Positions 58,818 through 64,000 of a DNA stretch of 64,000 nucleotides are shown piece after piece. Below the pieces are notes generated by a model, which was given only the letters and a program-made list of their open reading frames with translations, did no database searches and was not told where the DNA came from. This DNA comes from Lingula anatina (taxonomy: Eukaryota; Animalia; Brachiopoda): positions 5,580,001 through 5,644,000 of the forward strand of contig CM120641.1 of assembly GCA_051362555.1 (NCBI GenBank), in the 5' to 3' direction. The position numbers and the translations under genes were made by a program. Within the stretch, counting starts at the first letter, position 1, and each line of letters begins with the position of its first letter.

Positions 58818-60612
58818 TAGACAGAGAGTGAATTATGAGTGGGAATGTTTTAACACTTAAAAACACGATTTCTATTCAGGCAAAAAATAAAAACAGACCT
58901 ATTGCCTTATGCCATATGAGATAACATTGCTTGCCATTATTGAAGACCAGTTGCACATGATGAGGATTATTGGAAAGATTCTACATGTACACATAAAATG
59001 AAAGTGGAACTCCATGATGGGTAGTCAAGTTGCTGGGAATAACATCTTAAGAGTTAACTTTGAAGAAAGCATAATAGTAGGACAATGTAACTCTGACTTG
59101 TACCACACAACCAGTGCCATCATCATCTATTAGATGTTTCCTACCAGAGCATGGACACTCTCAGCACATGGTTTTCAGTGATCAGACAATTCTGACAAAA
59201 AGCTTTCTGCAATGGAAGTAATGAATTCATTTTGCCAGAAAAGATGTGATTGCTATGAACACACCTTGCAGATAACAAGTTTTTTTTCTTTTTTTGAAAG
59301 GAGTGTAAATATAATGTTAACTGCAAATCTATTACTTTTACTGGAAATTGGGTGCCTATCACTGCAAAGTTATTAAATTATTGGTAAAACTGACTGCTTT
59401 TATTTTCCATATGTCATTATTTTTCTGAATTGAAATGCAATTCAATCACCATGTTTGATGCATCTTTTCTCTTAATTTAGAAATGACAATACCATAACAC
59501 TAACGAGTGTCGCATACCTCATACATAACCTGTGTTTGCACAAATGGACTAATTAGGTAACAATACAAACTCCTTAGGGCGTTGCGATTTATGGTTGGAA
59601 AATGCATATAAGACTGAGATTGAGCTAAGTGTTATATTAAAGCAAAGTTAAAATTCCTTAGGTGGCATGACCGTCTTGTATCGTTTAGGTGTTATTTAGG
59701 GTGCTGTGCTTGTCAGTTCTAAAGACATTTAAATTAATGTTAATAGGGTAGAAAAGTTGATTTCAAGATAAATAGCCACTCTTTTTTTAATACGACTTTA
59801 TAAGCTACATGCACACAAGAGATATGGTTTAATACTGAATAAAACGGAAACGCACAAAGATTGAAGTGCGTGGACGGTTTTGACGAAACGTCCCGTCATC
59901 CAAAATTTAACTTTTCCATAATCGGTTATGTATAAAAAAGATATCGACAGTAGCTCATAAGATCACTTTAAAGACACGCAATACGCTTTAGGTCGTAAAG
60001 AAAAGAAAATTTCCGAGAAATTTAGCAATTTTACTCTAGTTCATCAAGATATTCCCTTTATAAAAAATTGGTGAAAAATCTCGTTTTCGAGTCCTAAATA
60101 TCTGAAACTTCAAAAGGATATATGGATCATTATTCTCTGAACAGTTTTTGCTTTGGTATACCATAAGGGCTGTAAAAGAGAAAAGAAAACGACGTTTAAA
60201 TTTGATATGCATAACCCCACATAGGTATACCACATTTAAAACATTTTAATGTTCTGGCAGAAAAATGAGGGTAGCGCACTACAACTGATAATGAAGGGAA
60301 GACGAACGGAGCTTTGTTAAGTGATTTAGAAAACCGTATGAGACAAGTATTTCGGGCCACTGACGAGGATAAAGGGTTTTTAATACGTTTTATTGAATAA
60401 TTTGCACCATTTGTTCTCCCTGAAACCATTTTGTTTGGAGTGAAAAATAACTTCAGATCCCATTGACTGTTTTTCTCGCATTGAAGATATGTCGGGATAA
60501 ACTTAAATGTAAATCGATCTGTAACCCTTTAGAATTCTGTCATTGTCAAACTGCCCTTAATTAATTTAATTAATTTCTGTAACAATTTCACTGTACAATC
60601 CAATTGATTGTT

Positions 60613-60613
60613 A

Positions 60614-60667
<54 letters not shown>
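60613..60667. repeat. (AAT)n/(ATT)n microsatellite
   Basis: Directly visible. Confidence 0.95.
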
Positions 60668-60668
<1 letters not shown>

Positions 60669-60852
60669 ACCGTCTAAATTGGCCATCCCAGTCATACTGC
60701 CCAGGATAAGTTTTATAAGTTTCATTTTCAAACAGAAAATGTTGAAAAATGAGTGCTTTAGATATCTCTTCTTAATTCTTTCTCGGGAAATTTGGCGTTA
60801 AAATTGGCCATTTTTCCTGGCTAATTAATATGTAGTCTCCCTCTCTCTCTTC

Positions 60853-61737
60853 TCAAGTTAACGATAATTGTATCTTTTCTGCCGGCACAGGTCTAACAGG
60901 ATTCAACAGTTTATGGCGGGATATCGACTCCCCATACCTGACCGCTCTGTCTTGAGGTTTATTTGCTTTGTTTTTCTCCCTCAGGTCTCTAAACACGCCT
61001 TGCACTGCCTTTTCTTTCTTGGGAAAGTCGACCTCTCCCGATTTTCCGAGATATGAAATTCTTGGTGGGGAAAACACACGTGGCGTCGTTTCCCAAGGAG
61101 ACACTGGTTCCCCAGTTAACCTGTACCCTAACGTTGTATAAGTTTTAGGCAAAATACACGGGAAATGAACGCATTCTCCTTTGGTCAAACCGTATTTACA
61201 CCTGTGCCCCGTGTCCCGACGTTCTTCCCGATCCCTGGACTTTCCCGAAATTGTAGCAGAAGTCACGTAAGGTAAAAGCTTTGTAGAATTCAATTTGCAA
61301 GCGGGCAAGATGCGGTTTGAAATCAGTTTGTCGGGTTCTAGAAAGCTCTCGATACAAGATATTCTATTTTCGGACCCACTTTCTGAAGCATCTTGGACAC
61401 TACTTGTTGTTTCATCCTCCTCCGAGTCACTATCCCGATTACTTTCCGTGTTTACAGGCGACTCAGCATTTTCTTCTTTGACTTTGTAATGTTCGGCGTT
61501 ACTGAGTTCGTGCATAAGGTTATTGATCTCTTTGCGAATAAGGCCATTAGTGCGATTTGTAGCTCTCTCCAAATTCAATAGTTTTTCTTCTAAAAGATTC
61601 TTCTCTCGAGAGTTCATGGCTCGAGTTCGGACGGAATTTCGGAGACTTTTCTTCACCAATACAGATTCGAAATCTCTGGATGTTTTTACACTTGGTCCGG
61701 GCATTGTTTGAACGTCCACCACTTCGGAGATATTGAG
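60853..61737 (-). CDS. Uncharacterised protein; last/large exon with an N-terminal coiled coil (CCDC190-like pattern) and an acidic tract
   Basis: ~290 open codons after a strong T-tract/CAG acceptor at ~61738-61761. First in-frame ATG at 61704. Coiled-coil segment NSREKNLLEEKLLNLERATNRTNGLIRKEINNLMHEL. True 5' end unresolved. Confidence 0.65.
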   Translation of the reverse strand, partial: LNISEVVDVQTMPGPSVKTSRDFESVLVKKSLRNSVRTRAMNSREKNLLEEKLLNLERATNRTNGLIRKEINNLMHELSNAEHYKVKEENAESPVNTESNRDSDSEEDETTSSVQDASESGSENRISCIESFLEPDKLISNRILPACKLNSTKLLPYVTSATISGKSRDREERRDTGHRCKYGLTKGECVHFPCILPKTYTTLGYRLTGEPVSPWETTPRVFSPPRISYLGKSGEVDFPKKEKAVQGVFRDLREKNKANKPQDRAVRYGESISRHKLLNPVRPVPAEKIQLSLT

Positions 61738-63798
61738 CTGAAAAAAAAAAAAAAAAAAAAAGAATTCCCATCAAATATATGTAACAGAACAGCTTTTACA
61801 TTATCCACATTAGCCACGGTGTAAATGTGTAACTTCTTTCTCAGGTTTGCAATTTTCATGTGATCAAATCTAAGTTTTGACTTAATGCTGACTTTACCAG
61901 CAACGACTCATAGATGTGTAATAAAAATGTCCAAAAAGTCATAAGCGACCATAATTTGTTGTCAAAAGAATACCCACAACCCCCCAATGTGTTTGCTTGC
62001 CCTTTTGCAAAAGTGCTTTTAAAGTCTACCCACGATAACAGTAAGTCGTGAATGTGTATTTTGCTCATTTTTTCAATCTTTTAAACAGCTTTGAATTCTG
62101 TCTGAAAACATAAGTTATATATACGGCGTCACCCTACTGGTCCAGAATACATAGCAACTGTAGTTCTTCAGATAGTCGTCACTTTTTCACGAAGAAAACT
62201 AATACCTACTGCTTTATGCACGTCCTTTGGTTAAGTCGGCAAGACGCATACGTGGCTTATTAGCCTTGTAAGACAGGTGTAACTTTGCGAGGTAGATTAT
62301 TAACATAACCATGGCACGCCGAACCTGTCAAAGGTATTTACTTGCGGCCATACCAGATTTCATTATTTGCTCGGAAATACACCTCCTTCTCTTTCTTTCA
62401 TAAACTCTTCCGTATCAAGCCCCCAGATCGGATCTTCTGCTAGATAAACACTCACAGTTGAATATACACTACACTTACAGAGACACAGTAAATATTAACC
62501 CACCCCTGAGTAAAATACCAACAGGCGATATCAAGACTAAACCATGCTCGTTCTGAACCCCGGACTTATGTAGACAAACACGTAATATGTTAATTTACGT
62601 TCAGTTGATCTCAACAAGATCGATCTCATTTTCCAGCTCAGTCTTTATCGCTTTAAATGTTAAAGGCAAAAATCACCCGGTGATAAGTTCTTTCAAGAAA
62701 TCGTTCTGGAGCACACAAAGGATCAGTCCCATTGTTTGCTGTCACTATGGAGAAATTTCATTAAACTGTCAGCGTGACACTGAATACGTATCGGTAAACT
62801 CACATATCAGTTTCTATAAATCATAAGAAGTTAGTTGTCGGGTAATGTGGCCTCACACGGTTTGTATAATACCCTCTATTTCCTGCTAATGTATTAACGC
62901 CTTTTCTGACTGTAAACTAGAAGGTGTTTTGCACAAAGATCAACACTTGTAAAAATTCTAGGCGCACATGTGGGATATATATATACATAGTTTTAATTTA
63001 TATAGAAATTGCAACAAGTACCCCGGATAAATGTTAACGTTAAAACCACGTCGTTAACACACTGCGAAGTTTTATAAAATTGAAATAAAACCTTTGTCAT
63101 GTAGTTATAATGATTATATTTAATTTAAAAAATATCACATGTAGGGGCCTACATGTAGCACAGATAAACTTACCTTGGGGTGAAACAAAGATGAATTGTA
63201 TTCTAACAGTTAACAAAAAGGTTTTTGTAACACATTAAATCACCAAGAATAAGTAAAATCGAAGAAAGTGAACATTGTATACCAAAATGACGAGCTCTTT
63301 GACAGAAATGAAATGTATTGCCAAAGATAGAGATAATATCTCGTCTACCTACCTTAATTTTTAAGGAACTGGTTTTTCATCCCCCTGGTCCACCCGCACC
63401 CTGCAACATGTATCAACCTCTTGGTTACATGCCACTGACTAATGTACCTGCCTTTGTGACACTTAATGATTAGCAATTTTGTGGCTACAATCACAAACAG
63501 TGTAAATAATTCACTAAGAGTCTATTGAGCTTGTCCAAACAAACTGAAAAAGTGTTCAATAAGTCATGGCTTTCTTTTCTTCACGGGTGACCTAAAGTAA
63601 CGTTTTGTACAGCGATCGTTTGTATTCCCATTCGCATATTTTTACAAGTTCTTTGAGAAGAAAGAAAGAAAATCAGTAATGCTTGTTTGACTTGGTTTGC
63701 AGCCAAAACATCTATACCCAGTGTTTGTAGTGCCCATTGATCAAGATGGCATTCGGAAATAGGTTTTCGGGTGATCAGGGGACTTAACAGACCACTTG

Positions 63799-63807
63799 AG
63801 AGAGAGA

Positions 63808-63838
<31 letters not shown>
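63799..63838. repeat. (GA)n microsatellite
   Basis: Directly visible. Confidence 0.9.
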
Positions 63839-63842
<4 letters not shown>

Positions 63843-64000
63843 TATAAAAATACGCTACGTACAAGAAATGCATTCTGCACACTTACATCTAAGTGTTTTA
63901 AAATTTACTTCTTTCACCACGAAAACTCTACGATTGTTGTATTAGTTTTGTGTAAGTCTCCTTGGTCTGGGGTGTAAATCAGCACAACTGAATATACGCT

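Overview
AT-rich, intron-dense animal genomic DNA, most likely from a marine invertebrate (a mollusc or other lophotrochozoan is a guess). The window holds, in order: the 5' half of IFT140 (minus strand, runs off the window start); head-to-head DECR2 (plus, ends in the PTS1 signal SKL); a ~31 kb minus-strand Roco gene; KATNBL1 (minus) head-to-head with an intronless UQCC2 (plus); and an uncharacterised coiled-coil ORF. I spliced the Roco gene by hand to ~47 coding exons and ~3,050 aa. Its domain order is Cys-type LRR, pseudo-ROC, COR, Cys-rich Zn cluster, unknown beta-rich region, LRR with an EF-hand insert, intact ROC, COR, pseudo-TIR, intact TIR and a CaaX box. The main discovery is a dynein heavy-chain microtubule-binding domain (MTBD), encoded by five phase-0 exons, inserted into the G5 loop of the pseudo-ROC. 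A CpG-rich internal promoter could give an isoform that begins at the MTBD. Repeats include three copies of a Helentron-type HINE carrying 161-bp tandem arrays; two near-identical copies are inverted and bracket the LRR-ROC-COR-TIR half of the Roco gene. Also present are a nested small HINE, a long-TIR element carrying a RecQ helicase fragment (AcademH-like) and a Harbinger-type MITE. All splicing and homology calls were made by eye; no searches were run.
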